Program-made: the position numbers and the translations under genes | From: Bacteroides fragilis | GTDB lineage: Bacteria > Bacteroidota > Bacteroidia > Bacteroidales > DTGW01 | Direction: 5' to 3' | DNA length: 64,000 nucleotides | Assembly (NCBI GenBank): GCA_945889005.1 | Contig: CAMDBI010000008.1 | Coordinates: 10,473 to 74,472, forward strand | The notes under the pieces: model-generated | What the model saw: only the letters and a program-made list of their open reading frames with translations | Told to the model about the DNA's origin: nothing | Database searches by the model: none | Shown here: positions 46,848-57,220 of the stretch, piece by piece | Numbering within the stretch: the first letter of the stretch is position 1 | Layout of the letters: the number at the start of each line of letters is the position of its first letter

Positions 46848-48854
46848 ATGAAAATAAAACACAAACTATTATTCAGTTTTGGAATTACCATTCTATTAAC
46901 AGGATTTATTTTGGTTTTATTTGCATTTTATAGCTACCGCACCACACAAAAGATAACAACACTCAAAAATTATTACTCAGATTTTATCGACGATGCCGGC
47001 TCAACACAAAAAACAATCCAACAAATCAATTTTAACATCGAGCATTTCGAAATTCTTTTTAACGACAAACAATTTCTTAAACTCGAGAAATCAAAACAAG
47101 AATTAAAGGCTTATACAGATAAGCTCAATTCTGTAATAGAACGTTGGAGAAGCGATGTCGATAGGGCAGTTGCAGTGGGAAAGCAAATTGATATACCATA
47201 CAAAATCGATGAGTTTAATAAGTTGAGCAATGAAATTCGAATTTATGAAGAATTAGTAAAAAATTTAATTCAGTATAATACTTTTGAACTCACATATAAG
47301 GATATAAGGAACAAAGAATTAGCAATTTACAAAGTATCGTTGCAAATCGAAACCAAATTGCAAAAAATTCAGGATTTATTGAAATTCGAAATAGATACAA
47401 ATCTAAATGAGCTTTATGTATCAACCAACAAATACTTTTACTTAAGCATTTCAACAGCAATATTACTAATCTTGTTGTCGATATTTGCGGGCATTTCGGT
47501 TTACAATTCGATCAATACACCTATTGAACAATTAAAAGAAAATTTTAAAAAGATCGATCGAGGCGATTATTTAAATGTAATCGATTACAATAAAAAAGAT
47601 GAAATTGGCGAACTTATTGAATCGTTCAATCATGTTGCAAAAAATTTACACGATGTTCAGCAGGAATTAAAGACAAAAAATAGCGAATTGCTCGAAATTA
47701 ACCAATCGCTATTGAATGCAAAAGACAAGGCAGAAGAAGCCGATCGTTTGAAATCTGCTTTTTTGGCAAATATGAGCCACGAAATAAGAACCCCACTTAA
47801 TGGTATTATTGGCTACGCCGATCTGCTACGAAACCCCAACAAAACGCCCGAAAAACAAATTCGCTATGTCGATATGATTAAAAATAGCGGTAAACAACTG
47901 CTTCATATAATAAACGATATCATAGACATCTCACGAATAGAAGCCGGTACAATGAAAAAATACGAATCGGTTTTTGATCTTAATTTTATTTTGGACGAAG
48001 CACGTCAATCGTTTGTTGCAGAAACCAAAAAAAGAAACAAAAATATTGAAATACTTTTTTTCAAAACCTTTGAAAAACCATTGTTTATAAAAAGCGATGA
48101 ATACAAACTACGACAAATAATTAACAACCTAATAGGCAATGCAATAAAATTTACCAATATCGGCTATATTGAATACTCGTACAAAATTAAAAATAATTTT
48201 ATAGATTTTTATGTAAAAGATACCGGCATCGGAATAGCTCCAGAAAATCATGAGCATTTGTTCAACCGGTTTAACCAAACCTCGTCGGATATTGCCCATC
48301 GCGAAGGTGGTACTGGTTTAGGTTTATCGATTTCAAAAGGTTTAGTTGAAATTTTAGGAGGTAGTATATGGTTCGAATCGGTAGAAAACCAAGGAAGCGT
48401 TTTTTATTTTTCCATTCCATTTCTGCCCGACGACTTATTGAACCAATCTGACAATATAATTGAACACATAAACTTTAACTGGGAAAATAAAACCATTCTA
48501 ATAGTAGAAGATAATATCATAAATGCCGAGTATATTTCGGAATTGCTGAGCGAAACAAATGTAAAAGTACATTACGAAAATTCGGGCTCACAAGCAATTG
48601 AACGCTGCATGTCCGACAAATCTATCGATTTGGTTCTTATGGATATTCGCCTTCCCGATCTCGATGGTTACGAAACAACTCAGATCATTAAACAGTATAG
48701 ACCCGAACTTCCGGTTATAGCACAAACGGCTCATGCATCTGACGAACATCGGCAGAAATGTATCGATGCCGGATGCAACGATTTTATTTCAAAACCTATC
48801 GAACACGTAGCTTTACTCAATCTGCTCGATAAATTTCTGAGTAAAAAAGAGTAA
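46848..48854 (+). CDS. Hybrid sensor histidine kinase / response regulator
   Basis: Starts at ATG 46848 (MKIKHKLLFSF). It has two TMs flanking a sensor region, HAMP, the H-box SHEIRTPLNGI, N/G boxes (NLIGNAIKFT, GTGLGLSI) and a C-terminal receiver (ILIVEDN...LVLMDIRLPDLDG...K). Confidence 0.9.
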   Translation: MKIKHKLLFSFGITILLTGFILVLFAFYSYRTTQKITTLKNYYSDFIDDAGSTQKTIQQINFNIEHFEILFNDKQFLKLEKSKQELKAYTDKLNSVIERWRSDVDRAVAVGKQIDIPYKIDEFNKLSNEIRIYEELVKNLIQYNTFELTYKDIRNKELAIYKVSLQIETKLQKIQDLLKFEIDTNLNELYVSTNKYFYLSISTAILLILLSIFAGISVYNSINTPIEQLKENFKKIDRGDYLNVIDYNKKDEIGELIESFNHVAKNLHDVQQELKTKNSELLEINQSLLNAKDKAEEADRLKSAFLANMSHEIRTPLNGIIGYADLLRNPNKTPEKQIRYVDMIKNSGKQLLHIINDIIDISRIEAGTMKKYESVFDLNFILDEARQSFVAETKKRNKNIEILFFKTFEKPLFIKSDEYKLRQIINNLIGNAIKFTNIGYIEYSYKIKNNFIDFYVKDTGIGIAPENHEHLFNRFNQTSSDIAHREGGTGLGLSISKGLVEILGGSIWFESVENQGSVFYFSIPFLPDDLLNQSDNIIEHINFNWENKTILIVEDNIINAEYISELLSETNVKVHYENSGSQAIERCMSDKSIDLVLMDIRLPDLDGYETTQIIKQYRPELPVIAQTAHASDEHRQKCIDAGCNDFISKPIEHVALLNLLDKFLSKKE

Positions 48855-48940
48855 AAATAGTTAATAGTTGAATTTGTGTTTCGACAGGCTCAACAACCGA
48901 AGTTGAAAGTTGAAAGCAAAAAAAATAACTCTATTACTTT

Positions 48941-49134
48941 CCACTGTTCACTTTCCACTGTTCACTATCCACTGTTCACTGTCCACGGTTCACTGTCCAC
49001 GGTTCACTGTCCACGGTTCACTGTCCACTGTTCACTATCCACTGTTCACTGTCCACGGTTCACTGTCCACGGTTCACTGTCCACGGTTCACTGTCCACGG
49101 TTCACTGTTCACTGTTCACGGTTCACTGTTCACT
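48941..49134. repeat. Heptanucleotide array YCACKGT x28 (14-nt CCACGGTTCACTGT super-unit; 70-nt higher-order duplication)
   Basis: 194 nt in one 7-nt phase. Heptads 3-12 (48955-49024) are repeated exactly as heptads 13-22 (49025-49094). The array is preceded by GTTGAAA x2 (48901-48917) and its last unit overlaps the carB stop codon (49133-49135). Confidence 0.95.
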
Positions 49135-52100
49135 AAACCGTGTATTCGTCCCAGCTTTTAATAGCGATATCGTCTACATCTTTCTTGCACACAGCCGTTA
49201 AAAACGAATTTGCCAAACGAGCATTGGTCAAAAGCGGTATATTGAAATCGATTGCTCCACGGCGTATTTCGTAATCGTTGTTCAACTCGAGCTTCGAAAG
49301 GTTTTTAGGTATGTTTACCACCATGTCGAATTTCTTGTTGCGGATCAAGTCCATTACATTGGGGCTTTGGTTTTCGTCGGGCCAGTATACCATGGTGCTT
49401 TCAACTCCATTGAGTTTAAAAAACTCGTGGGTTCCACGGGTGGCAAACAATTCAAATCCCTTTTCGAGCAAAAGACGAGCAGGTCCGAGCATTTCGACTT
49501 TCGACTTTGTTTCGCCGGTCGAAAACATAATATTATTCTTTGGAATACGATAACCCACAGACAGCATCGATTTCAACAAAGCTTCGTAATAATCGTCGCC
49601 AATGCATCCTACCTCGCCAGTCGAAGCCATGTCGACTCCCAATACGGGATCAGCTTTTTGTAAACGCGAGAACGAGAATTGTGGTGCTTTTACACCTATA
49701 TGCTCAATCTCAAAAATCGATTTGTCGAGTTTTTCGACCTTTTCGCCCAACATTACTTTGGTAGCCATTTCAATAAAGTTCTGTTTCAAAACCTTAGAAA
49801 CAAAAGGGAAACTGCGCGATGCACGAAGGTTACATTCAATAACCTTTATATCGTTGTCTTTGGCAAGAAACTGAATGTTGAATGGGCCAGAAATATTAAG
49901 TTCTTCGGCTATTTCGCGACTAATGCGCTTAATACGACGAACCGTTTCGAAATAAATTTTTTGTGCAGGAAATACCATAGTTGCATCGCCCGAGTGAACA
50001 CCAGCAAACTCAACATGTTCGGAAATAGCATACGCCATTATTTCTCCATCTTTTGCTACTGCATCAATTTCAATCTCTTTGGCATTCTCGATAAACTCCG
50101 AAACTACAACAGGATGCTCTTTCGATACTTTAGCTGCCAGTCTAAGAAATTGCTCAAGCTCTTCGTTGTTGGAACACACGTTCATAGCAGCTCCCGAAAG
50201 CACGTACGACGGGCGAACCAAAACAGGAAAACCCACTTTATCGACAAATGTATGTATTTCGTCCATATTGGTAAGTTCTTGCCAACGAGGTTGATCTATT
50301 TCAAGGCGATCGAGCATCGACGAAAATTTGTGTCGGTTCTCGGCACGGTCGATCGACTCGGGTGCTGTACCCAAAATTGGGACGCTTTGCTGATGCAAAC
50401 GCATTACCAAATTATTGGGTATTTGCCCGCCCATCGAAACAACTACTCCTTTTGGAGTCTCGAGATCGATAATGTCCATCACTCGTTCAAACGAAAGTTC
50501 GTCGAAATATAATCGATCGCACATATCGTAGTCGGTACTAACCGTTTCGGGATTGTAGTTGATCATAATAGAGCGATAGCCATACTTATGAGCAGTCGTT
50601 ATTGCATTTACCGAGCACCAATCGAACTCTACAGAACTTCCAATACGGTAAGCTCCAGAGCCAAGAACAATTACCGACTTATTGTCGTTCAGAAAATCGA
50701 TATCGTGAACGATTCCATGATAGGTCATGTACAAATAATTGGTCTTTGCAGGGTATTCGGCTGCAAGGGTATCAATTTGCTTCACGCTTGGAAGTACACC
50801 TAACTTTTTTCGATAGTTACGAGCCCTGAGCATGGCTTCGTGCATTGAGCCTTCAAATTCTTTTTCGACCGAACGAGCTATTTGAAAATCGGAAAAGCCT
50901 TTTTTCTTGGCTTCCAAAATGGTATCGGCACTAAGTTCTTCTAGTTTATTATATCCGGCAAGGGTTTTCTGAAGATCGAATATGCTTTTGAGTTTGTACA
51001 GGAACCATTTGTCAATTTTTGTCAGATCGTGAATTTTGTCGACCGTGTAGCCTTTGTCAAATGCTTTTTCGATAACGAAAATACGCATATCGGTTGGTTC
51101 GCTTAGCTCGCGGTCTACATCTTCAATCTCTATATCGCGATTGCCTACAAAACCGTGCATGCCCTGACCAATCATACGCAAGCCCTTTTGAATAGCCTCT
51201 TCAAACGAGCGACCAATACTCATTACCTCGCCTACAGACTTCATCGAAGAGCCAATCTGCTTCGAAACACCAATAAACTTGTTCAAATCCCAACGAGGAA
51301 TTTTACAAACAATATAATCGAGTGCAGGCTCAAAAAATGCCGATGTAGTCTTAGTTACAGAGTTTGTTAGTTCGTGAAGACCATATCCTAGCGACAATTT
51401 GGCTGCAACAAACGCAAGAGGATAACCAGTGGCCTTCGATGCCAAAGCCGACGAGCGCGACAAACGAGCATTTACTTCTATTACACGGTAATCTTCAGAA
51501 TTCGGGTCAAGGGCATATTGAATGTTACATTCGCCAATAATACCAATATGGCGAATGGTACGTATCGAAATTTCGCGAAGCTTATGATATTCGCTATTGG
51601 TAAGCGTTTGCGAAGGAGCAACCACAATACTCTCGCCAGTATGAATACCTAGCGGATCGAAATTCTCCATGTTACAAACCGTAATACAGTTGTCGAACTG
51701 GTCGCGTACAACCTCATATTCAACTTCTTTCCATCCTTTGAGAGATTCTTCGACCAGTATTTGTGGTGCATACGAAAAGGCTTTCTCGGCCATTTTACGC
51801 AGTTCGTCTACATTGTTAGAAAAACCACTACCTTGACCGCCCAATGTATAAGCAGCTCTGATAATAACCGGGAAACCCAGACGTTCTGCTGCCTTTACTG
51901 CATCATCTACCGTTGTAACAGCTTCGCTGCGACAGGTTTTTACATCTATCTCGTTCAGTAGATTGACAAAAAGTTCGCGATCTTCGGTATTCATAATGGC
52001 TTTTACTGGTGTACCAAGCACCCGAACATTGTATTTTTCTAAAACTCCCGATGTATATAGTGCCGTACCACAGTTAAGCGCAGTTTGACCACCAAAAGAA

Positions 52101-52357
52101 AGGAGAATACCATCGGGCTGTTCCTTTTTTATTACTTTTTCGACAAAATAAGGAGTAACCGGGTGAAAATAGATCTTATCGGCAATCCCTTCAGATGTTT
52201 GAACAGTTGCAATATTCGGATTAATAAGAATAGTAAATACACCTTCTTCTTTCAATGCTTTTAATGCTTGCGAACCAGAATAATCAAATTCGCCTGCTTC
52301 ACCAATTTTCAAGGCTCCCGAACCAAGAATAACTACTTTTTTAACCGTTTTATCCAT
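49133..52357 (-). CDS. carB: Carbamoyl-phosphate synthase large subunit
   Basis: About 1074 aa with duplicated ATP-grasp halves (VVILGSGALKIGEAGEFDYSGSQA; VIVLGSGAYRIGSSVEFDWC) and an MGS-like C-terminus. The first ATG is 52357; the track start 52381 is TTG. Confidence 0.95.
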   Translation of the reverse strand: MDKTVKKVVILGSGALKIGEAGEFDYSGSQALKALKEEGVFTILINPNIATVQTSEGIADKIYFHPVTPYFVEKVIKKEQPDGILLSFGGQTALNCGTALYTSGVLEKYNVRVLGTPVKAIMNTEDRELFVNLLNEIDVKTCRSEAVTTVDDAVKAAERLGFPVIIRAAYTLGGQGSGFSNNVDELRKMAEKAFSYAPQILVEESLKGWKEVEYEVVRDQFDNCITVCNMENFDPLGIHTGESIVVAPSQTLTNSEYHKLREISIRTIRHIGIIGECNIQYALDPNSEDYRVIEVNARLSRSSALASKATGYPLAFVAAKLSLGYGLHELTNSVTKTTSAFFEPALDYIVCKIPRWDLNKFIGVSKQIGSSMKSVGEVMSIGRSFEEAIQKGLRMIGQGMHGFVGNRDIEIEDVDRELSEPTDMRIFVIEKAFDKGYTVDKIHDLTKIDKWFLYKLKSIFDLQKTLAGYNKLEELSADTILEAKKKGFSDFQIARSVEKEFEGSMHEAMLRARNYRKKLGVLPSVKQIDTLAAEYPAKTNYLYMTYHGIVHDIDFLNDNKSVIVLGSGAYRIGSSVEFDWCSVNAITTAHKYGYRSIMINYNPETVSTDYDMCDRLYFDELSFERVMDIIDLETPKGVVVSMGGQIPNNLVMRLHQQSVPILGTAPESIDRAENRHKFSSMLDRLEIDQPRWQELTNMDEIHTFVDKVGFPVLVRPSYVLSGAAMNVCSNNEELEQFLRLAAKVSKEHPVVVSEFIENAKEIEIDAVAKDGEIMAYAISEHVEFAGVHSGDATMVFPAQKIYFETVRRIKRISREIAEELNISGPFNIQFLAKDNDIKVIECNLRASRSFPFVSKVLKQNFIEMATKVMLGEKVEKLDKSIFEIEHIGVKAPQFSFSRLQKADPVLGVDMASTGEVGCIGDDYYEALLKSMLSVGYRIPKNNIMFSTGETKSKVEMLGPARLLLEKGFELFATRGTHEFFKLNGVESTMVYWPDENQSPNVMDLIRNKKFDMVVNIPKNLSKLELNNDYEIRRGAIDFNIPLLTNARLANSFLTAVCKKDVDDIAIKSWDEYTV

Positions 52358-52396
52358 TTCTTTTATATTTTTCTTCTTCAAACTCGACTTTAGTGC

Positions 52397-52422
52397 AAAA
52401 AAATACCCCTAATGAAGGGGTA
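52397..52422 (-). terminator. Terminator-like hairpin + U-run in the carB 5' leader (attenuator candidate)
   Basis: On the minus strand TACCCCT-TCATT-AGGGGTA (52422-52404) is followed by TTTTTTT (52403-52397), about 40 nt upstream of carB ATG 52357. Confidence 0.45.
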
Positions 52423-52788
52423 ATAATTATAATAGAATGATGCTTATGTTGTTTTTTACCAATCTGTTACTCTTTTTTCTTGCCACTTTTTGTTCTTTTT
52501 TTAAATCTCGGCAAAATTAATAAATTTGGCAAACAAATCAAAAAAATTTTGGGTTTGAAAACTTATTTATTGAATCAATATTGTCCAATTTAATAAATAG
52601 TGATGAGATTTTGACCGACATGTGCTAAGCACAAACGAAGTAAAAGAGAAATCTGTATTTTTAACCAAACAGTAGTGTTATTGAAACAACAAATATTCAT
52701 TAATGTCAAAAATTGCAGTTTTTTATTACATTTGTGCATCATTTTTGATTTTTTTTAAATTCTTATGTGCTTACGTTTTAAATAAAAA

Positions 52789-54612
52789 ATGAGAAAAATA
52801 CTTTCGCTCGCGAAATACATAAAACCATATTGGATAAAAGCAACAGCTAGTATACTTTGTAACATAGTTGGAGGTCTTTTTACTATTTCTACAATCGTTT
52901 TTTTACAACCATTTTTCGATATTTTATTTGGAACGCAACCATTAGTAGTTGTTAAACCCGAACAATTTACAATTTTTGAATATAAAAAAAATTTCGACTA
53001 TATTTTTTCTCAACTTATAATCGAATATGGGCAATATAAAACATTGATTATAGTTGCTTTAGCCATTGCTTTTTTTTCATTACTACGCAATGTATTTGCA
53101 TACCTAGCCGCATACTTGCAAGCACCCGTTAGAACCTATATGCTACGCGACATACGCAACAAGCTGTTCGACAAAATATTGCAATTGCCACTCTCCTATT
53201 TTTCCAACGAACGAAAAGGCGATTTGATGTCGCGTATGACCTCCGATGTGCAAGAAATTGAAGCATCGGTCATTAGCTCCATTGAAATGATTTTTCGCGA
53301 TCCACTACTCATCCTAATATATTTGATTACCCTGTTGGCGATGAGCGTGCATCTTACATTGTTTGTGCTGGTTATGCTTCCACTGAGTGCATTGCTAATT
53401 GGGCAAATAGGCAAAACATTAAAAAAACAATCGTTTAAAAGTCAAACAAAATTAGGTACTATAATATCGCTTATCGAAGAAACCCTTTCGGGACTAAGAA
53501 TTATTAAAGCATTTAATGCAGAGAAACCGATAAATAATAAGTTTAGAGCCCAAAACCAAGAATTTGCCCGAATGAACAAATGGATTATGCGCAGAAGGTC
53601 ATTGGCAGGTCCAACAAGCGAATTTCTTGGTACTCTTGTAATGCTTACCATATTGGTCTATGGAGCCATATTGATTCTCAACAAATCGATAGCCATGCAA
53701 CCATCGGGACTATTGGCATTTTTGGTAACCTTTTATCTTATACTCGAGCCAGCCAAAAGACTCTCATCGGCTTGGTACAATATTCAGAAGGGTTTGGCAT
53801 CGGCCGACCGAATCGATTTTATACTCGAAGCCGAAAATAAAATAAGCGATAAAAAAGATGCCATTTCAAAAAACGACTTCGCCTCTACAATCGAATACCG
53901 AAATGTTTCATTTAAATATGTCCAACATTTTGTATTGAAAAATATCAATTTGAAAATAGAGAAGGGAAAAACTATAGCCCTGGTAGGTCAGTCGGGTTCG
54001 GGAAAATCGACCCTTGTCGACCTTCTTCCCCGATTTTACGATGTAGAAGAGGGCGAAGTGCTACTCGATGGCATCAATATAAAGGACTACAAGATAAAAG
54101 ACCTGCGGTCAAAAATTGGCATTGTAAACCAAGAACCCATACTATTTAACGACACATTCTTCAACAACATAGTGTTTGGACGCGAAAATGTGACTGAAAA
54201 CGAGGTCGTAGCTGCGTCGAAAGTTGCTCATGCACATGAATTTATATCGACCAAAAAAGATCAATACCAACACAATATAGGCGACCGAGGAGGCAAACTT
54301 TCGGGTGGGCAGCGCCAGCGTTTGAGTATAGCTCGTGCCGTACTAAGCAACCCTCCTATACTCATATTGGACGAAGCAACCTCGGCACTCGATACCGAAA
54401 GCGAGCGTTTGGTGCAAGATGCCTTAACCTCACTAATGCACAATAGAACATCGATAGTTATCGCGCACAGGCTTTCGACAGTAATACATGCCGACGAAAT
54501 ATGCGTATTGCACGAAGGAGAGATTGTTGAACGAGGCAAACACGAATATCTACTGTCGCTCAACGGGTATTACAAAAGATTACACGATTTACAAATGTTC
54601 TCTAACGAATAA
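52789..54612 (+). CDS. ABC transporter permease/ATPase, MsbA-like exporter
   Basis: 607 aa with a six-TM domain plus an NBD carrying GQSGSGKST, LSGGQRQRLSIARA and ILILDEATSALD. Confidence 0.9.
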   Translation: MRKILSLAKYIKPYWIKATASILCNIVGGLFTISTIVFLQPFFDILFGTQPLVVVKPEQFTIFEYKKNFDYIFSQLIIEYGQYKTLIIVALAIAFFSLLRNVFAYLAAYLQAPVRTYMLRDIRNKLFDKILQLPLSYFSNERKGDLMSRMTSDVQEIEASVISSIEMIFRDPLLILIYLITLLAMSVHLTLFVLVMLPLSALLIGQIGKTLKKQSFKSQTKLGTIISLIEETLSGLRIIKAFNAEKPINNKFRAQNQEFARMNKWIMRRRSLAGPTSEFLGTLVMLTILVYGAILILNKSIAMQPSGLLAFLVTFYLILEPAKRLSSAWYNIQKGLASADRIDFILEAENKISDKKDAISKNDFASTIEYRNVSFKYVQHFVLKNINLKIEKGKTIALVGQSGSGKSTLVDLLPRFYDVEEGEVLLDGINIKDYKIKDLRSKIGIVNQEPILFNDTFFNNIVFGRENVTENEVVAASKVAHAHEFISTKKDQYQHNIGDRGGKLSGGQRQRLSIARAVLSNPPILILDEATSALDTESERLVQDALTSLMHNRTSIVIAHRLSTVIHADEICVLHEGEIVERGKHEYLLSLNGYYKRLHDLQMFSNE

Positions 54613-54625
54613 AATCTAATAGGAA

Positions 54626-55570
54626 ATGAAGATTAGCGGTTTTACAATGGGTAAAAATGTTACAAAACTTTATTACCCTGTTAAAGAATCAATAATGTCA
54701 ATTTTGCCAATTTGCGATGAATTTATTGTAGTCTTAGGCAAAGGAGATACCGACGATCGAACACTTCAGGAAATTGAAAGTATAGGCAGTTCAAAAATTA
54801 AAATCTTTCATTCCGAATGGGATACTCAAAAATACCCCAATGGAACTGAAATGGCTCATCAAACTGATATAGCAAAAAGCTATTGTACAGGCGATTGGCT
54901 GTTCTATATTCAGGCAGATGAAGTTGTACACGAAAAATATTTACCTATAATAGAAAATATATGTAAACAATTGTTGAATGACAATCAAGTAGAAGGCTTA
55001 CTATTTAAATATATACACTTCTGGGGCGATTACTCACACCATAACGATGCTCATGGGTGGTACAAAAATGAAATACGAATAATTCGAAACAAACCTGAGA
55101 TTCACTCATGGAAAGATGCACAATCATTTAGAAAATTTTCAAATTTTGATCAAAATTCCTATAATAAAAAAGAAGGAAGTTCAAAACTTGAAGTAGCAAA
55201 AGTAGATGCATATATATTTCATTATGGATGGGTGCGTCCACCATCTGTAATGAACTCAAAAAGACAAGCATTTTCAAATATATACAAAGGTCAGAATAAT
55301 CAAAATTCTGCAAATGAAAAAGAAATGAAATTTGAATATGGCCCTTTAGATCGTTATTCAATATTTAAAGATTCGCACCCAAAAGTTATGAGTGAATGGA
55401 TAAATAAATTTTACTGGGAATCGGAAATTCAACAAACAGGAAAAATTAAAAAAATAAATGGACTGAAAAAACACGAACAATTTAAATATCGATTTGTTAC
55501 TTTTTTGGAAAAACATATCTTTTTCAGACCTATGTGGGAATTCAAAAATTATAAGTTAATTAAGCGATAA
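54626..55570 (+). CDS. Glycosyltransferase-like protein (GT2-like fold, LPS/core-type context)
   Basis: 314-aa ORF 13 nt after the ABC exporter gene. The N-terminus is typical of small GT-A proteins (ILPICDEFIVVLGKGDTDDRT...YIQADEV with a DxD-like ADE). The assignment is tentative. Confidence 0.55.
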   Translation: MKISGFTMGKNVTKLYYPVKESIMSILPICDEFIVVLGKGDTDDRTLQEIESIGSSKIKIFHSEWDTQKYPNGTEMAHQTDIAKSYCTGDWLFYIQADEVVHEKYLPIIENICKQLLNDNQVEGLLFKYIHFWGDYSHHNDAHGWYKNEIRIIRNKPEIHSWKDAQSFRKFSNFDQNSYNKKEGSSKLEVAKVDAYIFHYGWVRPPSVMNSKRQAFSNIYKGQNNQNSANEKEMKFEYGPLDRYSIFKDSHPKVMSEWINKFYWESEIQQTGKIKKINGLKKHEQFKYRFVTFLEKHIFFRPMWEFKNYKLIKR

Positions 55571-55739
55571 GCGTAAATAAAATGCAATTTTTCTTGTTGT
55601 TTCGAACAATTATCAAAATCCATAATTCAAACAACAATAGTCTCCGTATTGAATACTCGCATCGGCTGAAATCCATTTATAAATAAGAGACTATAAATTA
55701 AAAGTCATTAACTATTGAAATACTATGGTTTATCAATTG

Positions 55740-56489
55740 TTAATAAATGTTTTTTTCATTGAAAAATCTTCTGAAATAGGTTTTATAAGCTTTCTGAAAA
55801 AACCACGATATTTTACGTTTTGTTGAAGACGATTTAGTAGAGATTGTTGAACTCATTAGTCCATTATGTGACCCTTGCTCTACAATAGACGGATATGCCC
55901 AATAATATTTTATTATTTTTCTATCTATCATATCATTGTGCCACCAGTCAATAATTCTTGCACATTTATTATTCTCTAAGTCTTTCAGAATATCTGCAGC
56001 TCCCTTTAAATCGATAATATATGCACCTGCAGCTCTGCTCATTTTGGCTCTATATATATTTTGCTCCTTTTTGGTTTGCCAAATTGATGGAGTTTTCAAA
56101 GTTGTATTTTCCAATGAAATAATAAAACCCTTTTCGATACTCTCAATCTCTGAGGAATACTTTTTTAATTGCTTCACAAAATTTCCTAAAAAAACCGGAT
56201 CATTTTCAAAGATTATAGCATATTTGATATTACGTTTAACTATTCGCTCGTATGCTAATATATGATTGAGAGTACAAGAGAGTGTTCCTTATGGCATTAT
56301 ATTATTAATGTCATTAACAAAGTACTTCTTAATAAGCTCTTCTGTAAATAAACTAGGATCGCCATCAGTAACAAATTCAAATTGAATTTTATTTTTCCCA
56401 AATAATTCAATTATTCTTTTTTCGTGAAATTCATATCCTTTTAAAGCATGAATTACAAATACTCCTTCAGTTATTAATTTATCAAGCAT
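55740..56489 (-). pseudogene. Glycosyltransferase family 25 (LPS biosynthesis) gene interrupted by one in-frame TAA
   Basis: ORFs 56289-56489 and 55740-56177 are in the same frame. Reading through TAA at 56291-56289 gives ...DINNIMP*GTLSCTLNHILAYERIVKRNIKYAIIFENDPVFLGNFVKQLKK..., a continuous GT25-like sequence. Confidence 0.7.
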
Positions 56490-56697
56490 TATGGGTGTTG
56501 TATTATTTTTTATTCATTATCATGTAAATGCATGTTAAAAAGATGCAATATTAATACTTTTTTCTTGTTCATAGACAGTTTAATAAAAATTGAAATCCCC
56601 AATTTTACTCACTTTAGTAAAAAATCTTCGATGTTAAGGATATAAAAAAGTTTATTCTCAAATTGATTAAAACATTTTTTTTTTGCAAAACAAAAAA

Positions 56698-56732
56698 TGC
56701 ATACTTTTGCAGAAGTATTGTATAAGTATACG
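56698..56732. promoter_or_regulatory. Two ARG-box-like palindromes 21 bp apart, immediately upstream of argR
   Basis: TGCATACTTTTGCA (56698-56711) and TGTATAAGTATACG (56719-56732) approximate TGAAT-N4-ATTCA. The 21-bp phasing matches tandem ARG boxes. Matches to consensus are partial. Confidence 0.35.
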
Positions 56733-56734
56733 AC

Positions 56735-57217
56735 ATGAGCAGCAAAACGAAGAGGTTACTTACGATCAGGAAAATAATAGCCAGTTCAAAAATAAGTACA
56801 CAAGACGAATTGATTCAAGTGCTTTCCGAAAAAGGTTTTGAACTCACGCAAGCTACACTGTCGCGCGATTTGAAATACTTGAAAGTTGGTAAAACATCTG
56901 ACCCCGAAAAAGGTTACATCTACTTTTTGCCCGAAAATGGAGTTGCCGAGAAATTGGATCTCGAGAAAGCATCGACATTGTTCCCTTTGAGTGGCGTGCA
57001 ATCGCTCAAATTCTCGGGCAATTTTGGGGTACTTCGAACCAAATCGGGCTATGCAAGTAGTGTTGCTACCTTGATCGATAGCAGCAACTCGTACGACATA
57101 TTGGGTACCATTGCCGGCGACGATACCATACTCATTATCCCGGCCGATGGGGTTTCGCGCAACGACCTGCGCAATGCGCTCATTGTAATGATTCCGGAAT
57201 TGGAAGGAAGGATATAA
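56735..57217 (+). CDS. argR: Arginine repressor
   Basis: 160 aa with a winged-helix N-domain (TQDELIQVLSEKGFELTQATLSRDLKYL) and a C-terminal oligomerisation/arginine-binding domain (GTIAGDDTILII). Confidence 0.92.
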   Translation: MSSKTKRLLTIRKIIASSKISTQDELIQVLSEKGFELTQATLSRDLKYLKVGKTSDPEKGYIYFLPENGVAEKLDLEKASTLFPLSGVQSLKFSGNFGVLRTKSGYASSVATLIDSSNSYDILGTIAGDDTILIIPADGVSRNDLRNALIVMIPELEGRI

Positions 57218-57220
57218 AAT

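Noticed and set aside
48876-49161. Two overlapping 83-86-aa ORFs (FTVHGSLSTVHCPR...), and the possibility that the regular repeats are a CRISPR array
   Set aside because: The 'proteins' are periodic translations of a 7/14-nt tandem repeat. The period is far too short for CRISPR, there are no unique spacers between repeats, and no cas genes are nearby.
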